DNA of 64,000 bases, from assembly GCA_963792415.1 (NCBI GenBank), contig CAWBVY010000006.1, forward strand, positions 448,001-512,000. Reading direction: 5' to 3'. This stretch comes from Candidatus Deferrimicrobiaceae bacterium. GTDB taxonomy: Bacteria; Desulfobacterota; Deferrimicrobia; Deferrimicrobiales; Deferrimicrobiaceae. The notes under the pieces are model-generated. The model had not been told where the DNA came from. It was given only the letters and a program-made list of their open reading frames with translations, and did no database searches. Position numbers and translations under genes: made by a program. Position 1 is the stretch's first letter. Each line of letters begins with the position of its first letter. Positions 21,438 to 31,462 of the stretch are shown here, one piece after another.

Positions 21438-21893
21438 TTACTCCGGTGTTACGTGGAAGAGCGCCTGCCCGTACGCCACCGGCTGCGCGTTTTCCACGAT
21501 GATCGCGGCGACCGTGCCGGTGGTGTCCGACTCGATCTGGTTCATGATCTTCATCGCCTCGACGATGCACAGCACCTGTCCCTTGACCACGTGGGTCCCG
21601 ACTTCGACGAAGGGGGCGGCGTCGGGAGCCGGGGACCGGTAAAAGGTCCCGACGATCGGGGAGAGGATTTCCTTGTACGTCGGCTTCGGGGGAACCGGAG
21701 CCGCCGCCGGTTCCTCCGCCGCACGGGCCGGTGCCGCCGGGGCGGGCGCCGGCGGCGACTGGGCGACCGGAACGTTCGCCGGCCCCCTGCGAAGCTTGAG
21801 CACCATGTCCCCGCGTCCGAGCTCGAATTCGCTTACGTCGGAGCCCTTCAGCAGTTCCAGGATCTCGCGGATCTCTTTCAGGTTCATGGGCAT
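21438..21893 (-). CDS. accB: Biotin carboxyl carrier protein
   Basis: [18 protein letters not shown] biotinylation motif. Confidence 0.97.
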   Translation of the reverse strand: MPMNLKEIREILELLKGSDVSEFELGRGDMVLKLRRGPANVPVAQSPPAPAPAAPARAAEEPAAAPVPPKPTYKEILSPIVGTFYRSPAPDAAPFVEVGTHVVKGQVLCIVEAMKIMNQIESDTTGTVAAIIVENAQPVAYGQALFHVTPE

Positions 21894-21897
21894 CCCC

Positions 21898-22455
21898 TCA
21901 CATCCGCTCGATGTAACTTCCGGTACGCGTGTCCACCTTGATCACGTCCCCCTCGTTCAGGAAGAGGGGAACCGACACCACCGCCCCGGACTCCAGTTTC
22001 GCGGGCTTGGTCGACCCGCTCACCGTGTCGCCGCGGACGCCGGGCTCGGTTTCGACGATCTTCAAGTCGATGAAGAACGGGATATCGATCCCGATCGGCT
22101 CTCCCTTGTAGAAGAGGATCTTCACGGGGAGGTTCTCGATCAGGTAGTTCCCGGCCCCCTCCACGTGTCCCTCGTCGAGGTAGATCTGCTCGTATGTCCG
22201 CGTGTCCATGAAGTGAAACTGGCCTTCCATCCTGTACATGAACTGCATCTCGCGCTCATCGAGGTCCGGTTTCTCGACCTTGTCCCCGCTGCGGAAGGTG
22301 TGCTCGATCACCGCGCCGGTCTTGAGGTTCTTGAGCTTCGTGCGGACGAAGGCCCCCCCCTTTCCGGGCTTCACGTGCTGGAAGTAGACGATGATGAACG
22401 GCCCCCCGTCGAACTCGATCTTCAGCCCGTTGCGGAAATCCGACGTGGTGTACAT
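21898..22455 (-). CDS. efp: Elongation factor P
   Basis: [26 protein letters not shown]. Confidence 0.98.
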   Translation of the reverse strand: MYTTSDFRNGLKIEFDGGPFIIVYFQHVKPGKGGAFVRTKLKNLKTGAVIEHTFRSGDKVEKPDLDEREMQFMYRMEGQFHFMDTRTYEQIYLDEGHVEGAGNYLIENLPVKILFYKGEPIGIDIPFFIDLKIVETEPGVRGDTVSGSTKPAKLESGAVVSVPLFLNEGDVIKVDTRTGSYIERM

Positions 22456-22471
22456 CCCTGCGCGCGCCCCC

Positions 22472-23545
22472 TCAAACCAGTGGTGTGTGCGTTTTGGGCA
22501 GAAACGTGATCCGTTCGCACCCCGAGCCGGTGACCTTCAGGGTGTCCTCCAGCCGGATCCCCCCGAGACCCGGGAGATAGACGCCGGGTTCCACCGTGAT
22601 CACCATCCCCTCCTCGAGCCGCTCGCGCGACCGGGGGGAGAGGGAAGGCCGCTCATGCACGTCGAGCCCCACGCCATGTCCGGTCGAATGAACAAAATAC
22701 TTCAAATATCCCGACCGGTCCAGCGAATCCCGCACACGCGCATCCACCCCCCGGCACGATGCGCCCGGCCGAATGGAGGAGATCCCGGCCGCCTGCGCCC
22801 GACGGACGGCCTCGAACGCCTTCCCGAGGGGAGAACGCCGGGGTGCGGGGAGGATCGTCACCGTCTCGTCGGAGCAGTACCCGTTCCACCGGGCGCCGAA
22901 ATCGAGGACCAGCGGGCCATCCCCGGTGATCGCCGTCGCCGCCGGGGTCGCGTGGGGCATCGCGGAGCGGGGGCCGTCCGCGACGATCGGTGGAAAGGAA
23001 ACCCCCTCCGCCCCCCGACGGACCATCTCCCGCCCAAGGTCCGCGGCCACGTCGCGCTCCGTTTTCCCCCGGACTCCGGAGGCGAGCGCGGACAGCAGGG
23101 ACGCGGTCGCGATCGCCGTCGCGCGCTCCATCGCAAGAATCTCTCCGGGTTCTTTCCGCATCCGGATCGTCGCGACGAGGTCCTGGACGGGAACGAAACG
23201 ATCCGCCCGCCCACGGGAGACCGCCCGGAAGGAATCGACGGTGAGGTGACGGGACTCGAACCCGATCCTTCGCGCCCGGAGGGCGCGCATCCGTCGGGCG
23301 GCGGCGTTCCAAGGATCGAGGGTCACCTCCACTTCGGCTTGGCGGACCTCCGACCGGGCCTGCTCGGTGTATCTCCCGTCGGTGAACAGGACCGGACCCG
23401 CCGGAGAAACGACGAGGGCCGCGTTGCTCCCGGTGAAGCCTGTCAGATAGCGGATGTTCGAGAGCCGCACGCAGAGATATGCGTCCATGCGCCGTTTCCG
23501 CAGGGCCCCCAGGAGGCGCTCGACGCGGTGATCAAGCCCGCCCAC
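22472..23545 (-). CDS. Xaa-Pro aminopeptidase (M24)
   Basis: NIRYLTGFTGS, DFGARWNGYCSDET, HSTGHGVGLDVHE, TVEPGVY, GIRLED; start estimated at GTG 23545. Confidence 0.92.
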   Translation of the reverse strand: MGGLDHRVERLLGALRKRRMDAYLCVRLSNIRYLTGFTGSNAALVVSPAGPVLFTDGRYTEQARSEVRQAEVEVTLDPWNAAARRMRALRARRIGFESRHLTVDSFRAVSRGRADRFVPVQDLVATIRMRKEPGEILAMERATAIATASLLSALASGVRGKTERDVAADLGREMVRRGAEGVSFPPIVADGPRSAMPHATPAATAITGDGPLVLDFGARWNGYCSDETVTILPAPRRSPLGKAFEAVRRAQAAGISSIRPGASCRGVDARVRDSLDRSGYLKYFVHSTGHGVGLDVHERPSLSPRSRERLEEGMVITVEPGVYLPGLGGIRLEDTLKVTGSGCERITFLPKTHTPLV

Positions 23546-24005
23546 GGGCCCCTTCCCGCCGCAGGTGACGCAGCAGTCCGAGCAGGGCGAGGGTGTAGCC
23601 GTACCCGCCGAGGCCGCAGATCCGGCCGACGACCACGTCTTCGACCAGGGACACCTTCCGGAAATCCTCCCGGCCTGCGGGGTTGGTGAGGTGCACCTCG
23701 ATCGCCGGCAGGCCGGAGTAGAGCAGGGCGTCACGGACGGCCACACTCGTGTGCGTGTACGCCGCCGGGTTGATGACGATCCCGTCGAAACGGCGCTTCG
23801 CCGCCTGGAGCCGCTCGACCATCTCCCCCTCGTGGTTCGACTGGAAAAAGGCGACTGTCGCCCCCTCCGCCCGGGCGGCCACCGTCACCGCCTCGCGGAT
23901 GTCGGCCAACGTCTCCTTCCCGTAGACGGACGGCTCGCGATCCCCGAGGACGTTCAGGTTGGGACCGTCGACGAACAGGACCCGGAACGCCCGCTTCCCT
24001 TTCAC
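23532..24005 (-). CDS. aroQ: Type II 3-dehydroquinate dehydratase
   Basis: GPNLNVLGDREP.VYG, QSNHEG, INPAAYTHTS, EVHLTN; GTG start at 24005 overlaps the roadblock stop. Confidence 0.95.
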   Translation of the reverse strand: MKGKRAFRVLFVDGPNLNVLGDREPSVYGKETLADIREAVTVAARAEGATVAFFQSNHEGEMVERLQAAKRRFDGIVINPAAYTHTSVAVRDALLYSGLPAIEVHLTNPAGREDFRKVSLVEDVVVGRICGLGGYGYTLALLGLLRHLRREGARGRA

Positions 24006-24361
24006 AGCACCTCCCGCGTGCGGCGCGCCGCCTGGCGGAGGAGGAACCGGCACTTCCCGGGGACCGTCCCCGGCTCCGTGACGATCACGAGGAAATATTC
24101 CGCGGCCACCTTGCGGATGAAGACCTGCGCGCGGTTCCCGCCGAGATGAACCTCTTCCGCCTCCCCGAGCCCGTTCTCCGAGGCGATGCGGTCGGACTCG
24201 CGGAAAAACTGGACGACCTCGGCGCAAAGGGCGGAGAGATCCCGATCTTCACCGGGCGCGCGCCACTCCTCGACGGTCAGCCCGTCCACCCCTGCCAGCG
24301 CGCCCGAGGTCACGCCTCGATCTTTCCGATGCATCTCCTCGAAGATCTCAAGAAAGGTCAT
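24002..24361 (-). CDS. mglC: Roadblock/LC7 domain protein, MglC-like
   Basis: 119 aa, GALAGVDGL.V motif, C-terminal GKCRFLLRQAA; position between the pil/aro genes and efp matches mglC. Confidence 0.7.
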   Translation of the reverse strand: MTFLEIFEEMHRKDRGVTSGALAGVDGLTVEEWRAPGEDRDLSALCAEVVQFFRESDRIASENGLGEAEEVHLGGNRAQVFIRKVAAEYFLVIVTEPGTVPGKCRFLLRQAARRTREVL

Positions 24362-26123
24362 ATCCGTACTCCTTCGCCATGGTCTCGAGGAACCCGAGGA
24401 GTTCCGCCTCGACGAGGTCGCCCCCGGAACGAGCCTCCAACCACGCCTGGGCCCGGAGGTTCGCCGGGTCGTTGCGGAGGATCTCCCCGACGATCCGTCT
24501 CGCTGTCGTATGCTCTCCCTGGGACCAGTACAGGTCGGCCAGCGTCACCGTCCGAACCGAGGGCGCGACCGGGATTTCCGGAGGCGCCGGTTCCGGTTCC
24601 GGCTCGGCCACCACAACGGGAATTTCCGGCGGCGCCGGTTCCGGTTCCGGCTCGGCCGTCACGGCGGGCAGTTCCGGCGGCGCAGGTTCCGGTTCCGGCT
24701 CGGCCGTCACGACGGGGAGTTCCGGCGGCGCCGGTTCCGGTTCCGGCTCGGCCACCACAACGGGGATTTCCGGCGGCGCAGGTTCCGGTTCCGGCTCGGC
24801 CACCACAACGGGGATTTCCGGCGGCGCCGGTTCCGGTTCCGGCCCGGCCGTCGGAGGAGACTGCTCCTCGACGATCTCCGGCCCGGCTTCCACGGGAACC
24901 GCGAGGGCGGTCTTCTCCTCGATGGGACGGATCTCGTACACCTCGTCCCCGATCCGAACAAGATTCGAAACCGGCGACTCCTCCCGCATCGCATCCCCCG
25001 CCGGAATGTTGAGTTCCCTCGCGATCGAACGTTCCCGGATCTCCGCGCGGATTCCGGGCAGTTCCCTCCGGATCTCCGTGAGGGGGACCCGGCGCAGTTC
25101 GCAACGGCCCGGGGCGGCGACCAACGGCAGGTCGACGTCCAGCAGCATCCGCTTCTTGTCCATCCCGATGGCGGCGGCGATGGAGGTGAGGGCCACCCCC
25201 GGATCGTCGAGGGGGAATCCCATGTCGATAAGAAGCGAGACAAGGTCGTCGACCAGTTCCCCGCCGGTCACTCCGAACTTCATCCCGAGGATCGCCTCCC
25301 AGGCCAGTCCGATCGCGACCGCCTCGCCGTGGAGAAGGCGACCGTACCCACCCGATTTCTCCATCGCGTGGCCGATGGTGTGCCCGAGGTTGAGGATCTT
25401 GCGAAGCGAGGTCTCCTTCTCGTCCCGCTCGACGACGGACGCCTTGAACGTGACGGCGCGGCGAACGATCCAGCGCCATTCCTCCCCTTCGAACGCCTTC
25501 CACTTCCCGCCGGCCGAGAGAAGGCGATCCCATAGCTCGGGGTCGCCTGCAAGTGCGCATTTGACCACCTCCGCCATCCCCGCGCGGAGGTTGCGATCGT
25601 CGAGGGTCCGCAGAAAAGCGTCGTCGATGAAGACCGCCCGGGGCTGATGGAACGCCCCGACAAGATTCTTCCCCTCGGTGAGGTTGAAGCCGGTCTTTCC
25701 GCCGACGCTGCTGTCCACCTGGGAAAGGAGGGTCGTGGGCACCTGGATGCAGGAGATCCCCCGCAGGAACGTCGCGGCGGCGAATCCGGCGAGGTCGCCG
25801 ACGACCCCGCCACCGAAGGCGACGACGAGGGAATCCCGCCCGGCATCCCCGCGCGCAAGGAACCCGTAGATCTCCCTCACCGTGTCGAGGTTCTTATGTT
25901 CCTCCCCGGGAGGAAGGGCCAGGACGTCATGGGGTATGCCCGCGAGCCACCGCTGGATATCGTCCCCGTAAATGGAGGCGACGTTGCGATCGGTCACCAC
26001 GTGGACGGAGCCGCCGGGGTAAAAGCGGCAGATCCATTCCTGGAACAGGGAGTAGATCTCCCTGCCGAAGAAAATGTCGTAGGAACGGTCGCCAAGGACC
26101 ACCGTCATCGTTTCAGGGTTCAA
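24348..26123 (-). CDS. aroB: 3-dehydroquinate synthase fused to a Pro/Glu repeat linker and TPR-like C-terminal motif
   Basis: GGGVVGDLAGF, VPTTLLSQVDSSVGGKTG, LNLGHTIGHA, LHGEAVAIG, then about 230 extra residues ending TVTLADLYWSQGE...DPAN; TTG start overlaps the aroK stop. Confidence 0.92.
   Translation of the reverse strand: MNPETMTVVLGDRSYDIFFGREIYSLFQEWICRFYPGGSVHVVTDRNVASIYGDDIQRWLAGIPHDVLALPPGEEHKNLDTVREIYGFLARGDAGRDSLVVAFGGGVVGDLAGFAAATFLRGISCIQVPTTLLSQVDSSVGGKTGFNLTEGKNLVGAFHQPRAVFIDDAFLRTLDDRNLRAGMAEVVKCALAGDPELWDRLLSAGGKWKAFEGEEWRWIVRRAVTFKASVVERDEKETSLRKILNLGHTIGHAMEKSGGYGRLLHGEAVAIGLAWEAILGMKFGVTGGELVDDLVSLLIDMGFPLDDPGVALTSIAAAIGMDKKRMLLDVDLPLVAAPGRCELRRVPLTEIRRELPGIRAEIRERSIARELNIPAGDAMREESPVSNLVRIGDEVYEIRPIEEKTALAVPVEAGPEIVEEQSPPTAGPEPEPAPPEIPVVVAEPEPEPAPPEIPVVVAEPEPEPAPPELPVVTAEPEPEPAPPELPAVTAEPEPEPAPPEIPVVVAEPEPEPAPPEIPVAPSVRTVTLADLYWSQGEHTTARRIVGEILRNDPANLRAQAWLEARSGGDLVEAELLGFLETMAKEYGYDLS
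24568..24842. repeat. Coding 48-bp tandem repeat (about 6 copies)
   Basis: Encodes PEPEPAPPE(I/L)P(V/A)V(V/T)AE five times plus a partial sixth copy. Confidence 0.95.
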
Positions 26124-26659
26124 CCGGCCTGTCCCTCCGTCTGGTCGATCCAATCCGCCACCTGCCCGGCCACGTCCTCGACCGTTCGCCCGTCGGTTCG
26201 CACCGTCACGTCAGCAGTGCGATACCCCGGCACCCGGCGCGACAGCAACTCCCGCACCACCTCTTCCCGATCCCCCCCGCGAAGCAGCGGACGGCCAAGA
26301 TCCCCGCCAAGCCGCTCGAGAAGAGTCTCCACCGCGGCTTCAAGATAAACCACGGGGGCGTACGAACGGAGGAGAACCCGGTTCTCCTCGTCGGCAAACG
26401 CCCCTCCCCCCGTGGCGATCACGCACCCTTTCACCGAGAGGACGTCGCGAAGAGCAACTTTCTCCCGCACGCGAAATGCCGGCTCCCCCTCCTGGTCGAA
26501 CAGGTCCCGGATCCGGCGTCCGGTCGCCGACTCGATCCGCTCGTCCACGTCGACGAACGGAGCGCGAAACCGTCGCGCAAGTTCCCGACCGACGGAACTT
26601 TTCCCCGACCCCATGAACCCGACCAGCACGACCCCCCGGAACGCCCCGCCGCGCTTCAT
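26120..26659 (-). CDS. aroK: Shikimate kinase
   Basis: LVGFMGSGKS, GEPAFR, VIATGGG, RPLL. Confidence 0.96.
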   Translation of the reverse strand: MKRGGAFRGVVLVGFMGSGKSSVGRELARRFRAPFVDVDERIESATGRRIRDLFDQEGEPAFRVREKVALRDVLSVKGCVIATGGGAFADEENRVLLRSYAPVVYLEAAVETLLERLGGDLGRPLLRGGDREEVVRELLSRRVPGYRTADVTVRTDGRTVEDVAGQVADWIDQTEGQAG

Positions 26660-27849
26660 TCCCCGCAGATGCGCCGAAGGTAGCCGGAATAATTATAGAG
26701 GATATCCCGCATCGCATCCCCCCCGAATTTCTCGAGGAAGGCGTCGGCCAGAACGATCGCCACCATCGTCTCCGCCACCACGGACGCGGCGGGAACCGCG
26801 CAGACGTCGCTGCGCTCGCGATGCGCCGTCGTGGCGACGTAGCGGTCGATCGTGACGGTCCTGAGAGGGACCGACTGGGTCGGGATCGGCTTCATCGCGG
26901 CCCGGACGACCATCGGCTCTCCGTTGGTCATCCCCCCCTCCAGCCCCCCGGCGCGGTTCGTGTCCCGGTGGAACGGCAGCAGATACTTCCCGAGGAACAG
27001 CGCCGCCGGATTTCCGCCGGGGAACACCTCGTCGTGGACGTCGATCCCCGGCATCCCGGCCAACCCGACCCCGCCGCCGACCTCCACCCCCTTGATGGCG
27101 GGGATGCACATCAACGCCTGCCCGAGCCTTCCGTCCAGCCGTCGGTCCCACGCGACGTACGATCCAAGTCCCGGAGGAACCCCCGTTGCGATGACCTCGA
27201 CGACACCGCCCGCCGTAGTGCCGGCCTCCTTCACCTCGTCGATCCACCGCATGACCGTGGCTTCGACCGCCGGGTCCGCCATCCGAAGCGGGCTCCCCTC
27301 GGCGCGCTCGGCCGCCTTGCGGTTCCCCTCGATCCCGGACGACACCCGATACTTCCCGATCGAGAGGACGTGTCCTACGATGGCCACCCCGAGCTCGCGG
27401 AGAAGCGCCTTCGCAAGCGCACCGGCCATGACCCGCGCGGCGGTCTCCCTGGCGCTGGCCCGCTCGAGGACGTTCCGGACATCCCCGTGCCCGTATTTCA
27501 GGATGCCGGGAAGGTCCGCGTGCCCGGGGCGGGCGGTGTCGAGGGGAGGAATCCCCTCCCCGTGCCCGTCCTGGGCCATCTTCTCCCGCCAGTTGACCCA
27601 GTCGCGGTTGCGCAGGAGCAACGCGACGGGGCCCCCCATCGCCTTCCCGAAACGGACGCCCGAGAGGATCTCGACCTCGTCCTTCTCGATCTGCATCCGT
27701 TCTCCGCGGCCGTACCCCACCTGCCGCCGGGCCAACTCCCGGTTGATCTCCTCCGCGCCAACGGGGAGGCCCGCCGGCACCCCCTCGACGATCGTGACCA
27801 GGGCCGGGCCGTGGGTCTCCCCGGCGGTCCGGAAGGTGAACTTTGCGAT
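26656..27849 (-). CDS. aroC: Chorismate synthase (apparent ATC start)
   Basis: TAGETHG, RPGHAD, RASARETA, MKPIPT, ERSDVC. The conserved N-terminus extends upstream of the ORF-track start to ATC 27849; in-frame TAG at 27853-27855. Confidence 0.95.
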   Translation of the reverse strand: MAKFTFRTAGETHGPALVTIVEGVPAGLPVGAEEINRELARRQVGYGRGERMQIEKDEVEILSGVRFGKAMGGPVALLLRNRDWVNWREKMAQDGHGEGIPPLDTARPGHADLPGILKYGHGDVRNVLERASARETAARVMAGALAKALLRELGVAIVGHVLSIGKYRVSSGIEGNRKAAERAEGSPLRMADPAVEATVMRWIDEVKEAGTTAGGVVEVIATGVPPGLGSYVAWDRRLDGRLGQALMCIPAIKGVEVGGGVGLAGMPGIDVHDEVFPGGNPAALFLGKYLLPFHRDTNRAGGLEGGMTNGEPMVVRAAMKPIPTQSVPLRTVTIDRYVATTAHRERSDVCAVPAASVVAETMVAIVLADAFLEKFGGDAMRDILYNYSGYLRRICGE

Positions 27850-27868
27850 GGCCTACCCCCCTTGAATG

Positions 27869-27902
27869 AAAAAAGGCACCCGGACGCAACAGCCCGGGTG
27901 CC
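27869..27902 (-). terminator. Rho-independent terminator after pilQ
   Basis: GGCACCCGG-N10-CCGGGTGCC followed by T6 on the minus strand. Confidence 0.8.
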
Positions 27903-27926
27903 CTATGGTTGCCGCCCGGGCCGGGT

Positions 27927-30269
27927 TCAGGAAGTCTGGGCCTGGATCGGTTCCTGCTTCAAAATCCTCGGCGTGATGAAGATCAGCAACTCCCGGTTCT
28001 GGGTCGAATTCACGTCATGCCGAAAAAAATACCCGAGCACGGGGATCTTCGAGAGCCATGGCAGCCCGGTTCGGCTCTCGTTGCGCGTGATCTGCAGGAT
28101 CCCGCCGATGACCGTCGTCTCGCCGTCGCGGATCAGGACCTCCGTGGTCGCCTTCTTCTTGTTGATCGAAGGAGTGTTCGATCCGGGAGCCACATCGCCC
28201 TGGGAGTCGTTCTTCACATCGACCTTCATCGAAACCCGCCCGTCGGGCGTGATGTGCGGCGTCACCTTCAGGCTGAGGGTGGCGTCGACGAACTGCACGT
28301 TCGTTCCCGAGGCCGACACGGTGGAGTACGGGATCTGCGTGCCCTGTTCGATGGTGGCTTCCTTGTTGTCGGTCGTCACGACCTTTGGCGAAGAGATGAT
28401 CTTCCCCTTCCCGGACGACTCGAGGGCGGAGAGCGAAAAATCCAGGCGGAGGTTGTCCTTCAGGATCCCGAACGCGATCCCGCCGCCCGACCCCAGGCCG
28501 ATCGCCGCCGGGAGGTTCACGGCATAGGTCGGGGGGGGGTTCGTGGCGGTGAAGGGATTTGTGGTCGCCGCGCCAACCGCCGACCCGGGAACCGACGCGC
28601 CAGTCGAATCCTGCACCCCGGTCACCCCGTATTGCTTGTTTCCGCTGGCCCCCCGGTAGGCGCCGCCCCACTGGACGCCAAGTTCCCGGGTGAACGTGGT
28701 GTCCACCTCGACGATGCGCGCCTCGATCAGGACCTGCGGCGTCGCGGTGTCAAGCGTGGCGACCAGGGCCTTCATCTCTTCGATGTGCTGCGGAAGGTCG
28801 CGGATGATGAGAACGTTCGTCCGGTCGTCGCTGTCGAGTTTTCCGAACTTCGATCCGAGCGGCTTGATCTTGGCCAGCAATTCCGAAGCCTTGCTGTAGC
28901 TGACCGGGATGGTGTCGAAGACCGCCTCCTGGGTCGCCCTTACCTCGGCGGCCCGGTTCAGCGCCTCCTGACGGGACTGCTCGACCTGCTTCTGCGCGTC
29001 TAACCGTTCCTGCTCCTCCTTCCGGAGGGAGGAAAGCGGCGCGATGCGGAGGACGTTCCCCGCCTGCGCAGCGCCGAGCGACTTCGAGCGGAGGACGATG
29101 TCGAGCGCCTGATCCCACGGAACGTTGACCAACCGTAGGGAGACCTTCCCCTTGACGTCGTCCGCCGTGATGATGTTCAGGTTGCTGACCTCGGCGATGA
29201 TCCGGAAAACGTTGGTGAGGTCGGCATCCTTGAAATCCATGGAGATCCGCTGGCCGTGGTATATCCGGCCGGTGTCGGAACTCCCGGTGAGGAATCCCCA
29301 CGACTGCGAACCATCGAGGGGGGCCGGCTCCGCCTTCCCGTCCACGGAGCCCTGTTCCCCGTCCGCCTTCGCCATCTGCGGGGCGTTCCCCGGCGCCGCG
29401 CGCGCGACGAGATCGGCCCTCCCCGCGGTCGCACCCTTCGGGAATGCCACCACCACCGAGCCGTCCCTCTTTTCCACGGTGTACGCGGAGCCCGGCGCGA
29501 ACGCGACGGCGACCGTGACCCCATTCTTCCCGCCGGAGGGAGCGATCCCCTTCACGGGGATGTCGAACTTTCTCGCGTCGATCCGCCGAAGCAACCCCTT
29601 CTCCGCGGCGGCGCCCTTGAACACGAGCGTCACCCCTCCCGCCTTCTTCGAAACCTGGTACGGCGGGTCCCCCGCCGTGGTGATCACGACGTTCGACGCG
29701 TCGGGCAGGTCTTCAAGGTCGATCCCGACGACGGCGGGACCTTTCACCGGCGCCTTCCCGTCCTGGAGACGGTCGGTACTGGCGACCTTCTCCTCCGCCC
29801 CGCCCCCTACGGACAGCACGAGCATGCCCTTCTCGGCGCTGACGACGAACGGCACCGGGCGGTCGCCCGGGGTCTCGACCACCATCCGCAACTTCCCGTC
29901 CTTCGAGGAGAGCTTGACCCCCTTCACCTGGGGGGTATCCACGGGGATCTCGGAGGCTGCGACCCCCTGGTCGACTCCCCAGACGTCCACCACGATCCGG
30001 AACGGGCCGGTGTCATTCATCTTGAAGGAGTTGTAATTCTGGATTTCCCCGTCGATCGCAACCTGGATGGTGGTGTTGTACGCCGTCTTGGAAACCGTCA
30101 CCTCCCTGATCTTTGCGCCGGAAGCCCCAGCGGGCTGGGCGCCCGGGCCGGCAGGCTCCGCGGCGATCGCGACCGGCACGAGGAACGCGCAGGCAAGCGC
30201 CATCGCCATCATCCCCTGAAGGACACGAGGCCAGAGGACTCTGCCCGAATGCGGTAGCGGGGTCATCAT
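27927..30269 (-). CDS. pilQ: Type IV pilus secretin
   Basis: AMIN domains, GQRISMDFKDAD, VPWDQALD, PQVLIEARIVE, GLPWLSKIPVLG, ELLIFITPRI. Confidence 0.96.
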   Translation of the reverse strand: MMTPLPHSGRVLWPRVLQGMMAMALACAFLVPVAIAAEPAGPGAQPAGASGAKIREVTVSKTAYNTTIQVAIDGEIQNYNSFKMNDTGPFRIVVDVWGVDQGVAASEIPVDTPQVKGVKLSSKDGKLRMVVETPGDRPVPFVVSAEKGMLVLSVGGGAEEKVASTDRLQDGKAPVKGPAVVGIDLEDLPDASNVVITTAGDPPYQVSKKAGGVTLVFKGAAAEKGLLRRIDARKFDIPVKGIAPSGGKNGVTVAVAFAPGSAYTVEKRDGSVVVAFPKGATAGRADLVARAAPGNAPQMAKADGEQGSVDGKAEPAPLDGSQSWGFLTGSSDTGRIYHGQRISMDFKDADLTNVFRIIAEVSNLNIITADDVKGKVSLRLVNVPWDQALDIVLRSKSLGAAQAGNVLRIAPLSSLRKEEQERLDAQKQVEQSRQEALNRAAEVRATQEAVFDTIPVSYSKASELLAKIKPLGSKFGKLDSDDRTNVLIIRDLPQHIEEMKALVATLDTATPQVLIEARIVEVDTTFTRELGVQWGGAYRGASGNKQYGVTGVQDSTGASVPGSAVGAATTNPFTATNPPPTYAVNLPAAIGLGSGGGIAFGILKDNLRLDFSLSALESSGKGKIISSPKVVTTDNKEATIEQGTQIPYSTVSASGTNVQFVDATLSLKVTPHITPDGRVSMKVDVKNDSQGDVAPGSNTPSINKKKATTEVLIRDGETTVIGGILQITRNESRTGLPWLSKIPVLGYFFRHDVNSTQNRELLIFITPRILKQEPIQAQTS

Positions 30270-30820
30270 TATTTTCCTCCTGCCGTGTTGAGCTGGATTC
30301 CGCTTTCCTTCACGATCTTTTCCCCCCGGTTGCCGACGAACTCTTCCCTCACGAGAATCTCCTTCCCGGTGATCCGGCTGACGATGCCGCCGGAGCGGCC
30401 GATCCGCGTTCCCACCGTCACGGAGTACCCCTTCCCCTCGGCGTCCTCCACAAGGCCCCGCGCGCCCGTCTTCGTCCAGATGACGCCGACGAACTGCAAC
30501 TCGCCCAGGTCGTACCGCTGCAGAGGGGGGAGCAACGAGGTGTCAACGCCCCCCTTCCCGCGCTGCTCGACCTTGATGAACGACACGAACGGATCCCGTT
30601 TCCCGCTGGGGTCGTAGAGCGCGACCTGCTCGGCCATCTTCGCCGGCGCCTCCGCCGCAGGAGCGGCCGGGGCCTTCGCCTCGGGCTTCGGCGCCTGCCT
30701 CTTCACCACCGGTTGCGGCGGCGCCGGTTCCTTGGAACAGCCGAACCCACCGGCGAAGAGGGAAACCGCGGCGAGAATCCCAACGGCCAGGGAGATGTGT
30801 CGCACGGGAGCGGACCTCAT
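30269..30820 (-). CDS. pilP: Type IV pilus lipoprotein PilP
   Basis: Lipobox GFGC, YDPSGKRDPF, PLQRYDL, GTRIG. Confidence 0.93.
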   Translation of the reverse strand: MRSAPVRHISLAVGILAAVSLFAGGFGCSKEPAPPQPVVKRQAPKPEAKAPAAPAAEAPAKMAEQVALYDPSGKRDPFVSFIKVEQRGKGGVDTSLLPPLQRYDLGELQFVGVIWTKTGARGLVEDAEGKGYSVTVGTRIGRSGGIVSRITGKEILVREEFVGNRGEKIVKESGIQLNTAGGK

Positions 30821-31434
30821 TTTTTCTTCCCCTGGGCACCCGTCCCGGGAGCGGTTGCGGCCTGCTGCTCGAGGAAGCGGTAGGTCGTGGCCGTGCAGTT
30901 GACGGTCACCAGGACGAGCTTGTCTCCGGACGGTTTTGGAGAGGAAAAGGTGATGTTGGACAGGTTCACGATCCGGGGGTAGCGCGCCACCTTGTCGGTG
31001 AAGAGGGCGAAACTGTGATAGTCGCCCTTGACGGAGATCGACACGGGGATCTCGGCGTAGAAATCCCTCCTGATCTCGCCGGACGGGGCGAAACGAATGA
31101 AGTCGAGCCCGGATTCCTTCCCGAGATCGGAAACGCTCTTCAGCAGGGAGGGGATCTCCGCCGAGTTCGGAAGCTGCTCGAGCAGGAGGGACAGCCGGGC
31201 CTCGAGCCGGAGGACCTCTTCCTGGAAGGAACGCAGATTCCCGGCGATCGCCTGCTGCTCCCGGATCTTGCTCTGAAGACCCGCCAGCTGGGTCTCCATC
31301 GCGCCGATCCGCTGGGACGCTTCCCGATAGTAAAGGTAGTAGTACCCCGTGATGACGAGGCCGCAGAACAGGACGGCAAGCAGGACCTTTTGCCGGGGCG
31401 GCACCTTCGAAAGATCGCCAGGTATTAGCGCCAT
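30817..31434 (-). CDS. pilO: Type IV pilus protein PilO
   Basis: TM, coiled coil, QLPNSAEIPSLL, FYAEIPV, GDYH, RIVN. Confidence 0.93.
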   Translation of the reverse strand: MALIPGDLSKVPPRQKVLLAVLFCGLVITGYYYLYYREASQRIGAMETQLAGLQSKIREQQAIAGNLRSFQEEVLRLEARLSLLLEQLPNSAEIPSLLKSVSDLGKESGLDFIRFAPSGEIRRDFYAEIPVSISVKGDYHSFALFTDKVARYPRIVNLSNITFSSPKPSGDKLVLVTVNCTATTYRFLEQQAATAPGTGAQGKKK

Positions 31435-31462
31435 TCCGTATCCTCTCCCGGTGATGGGGCGT

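Noticed and set aside
24568-24842. Possible CRISPR or non-coding repeat array
   Set aside because: In-frame 48-bp coding repeats with no unique spacers
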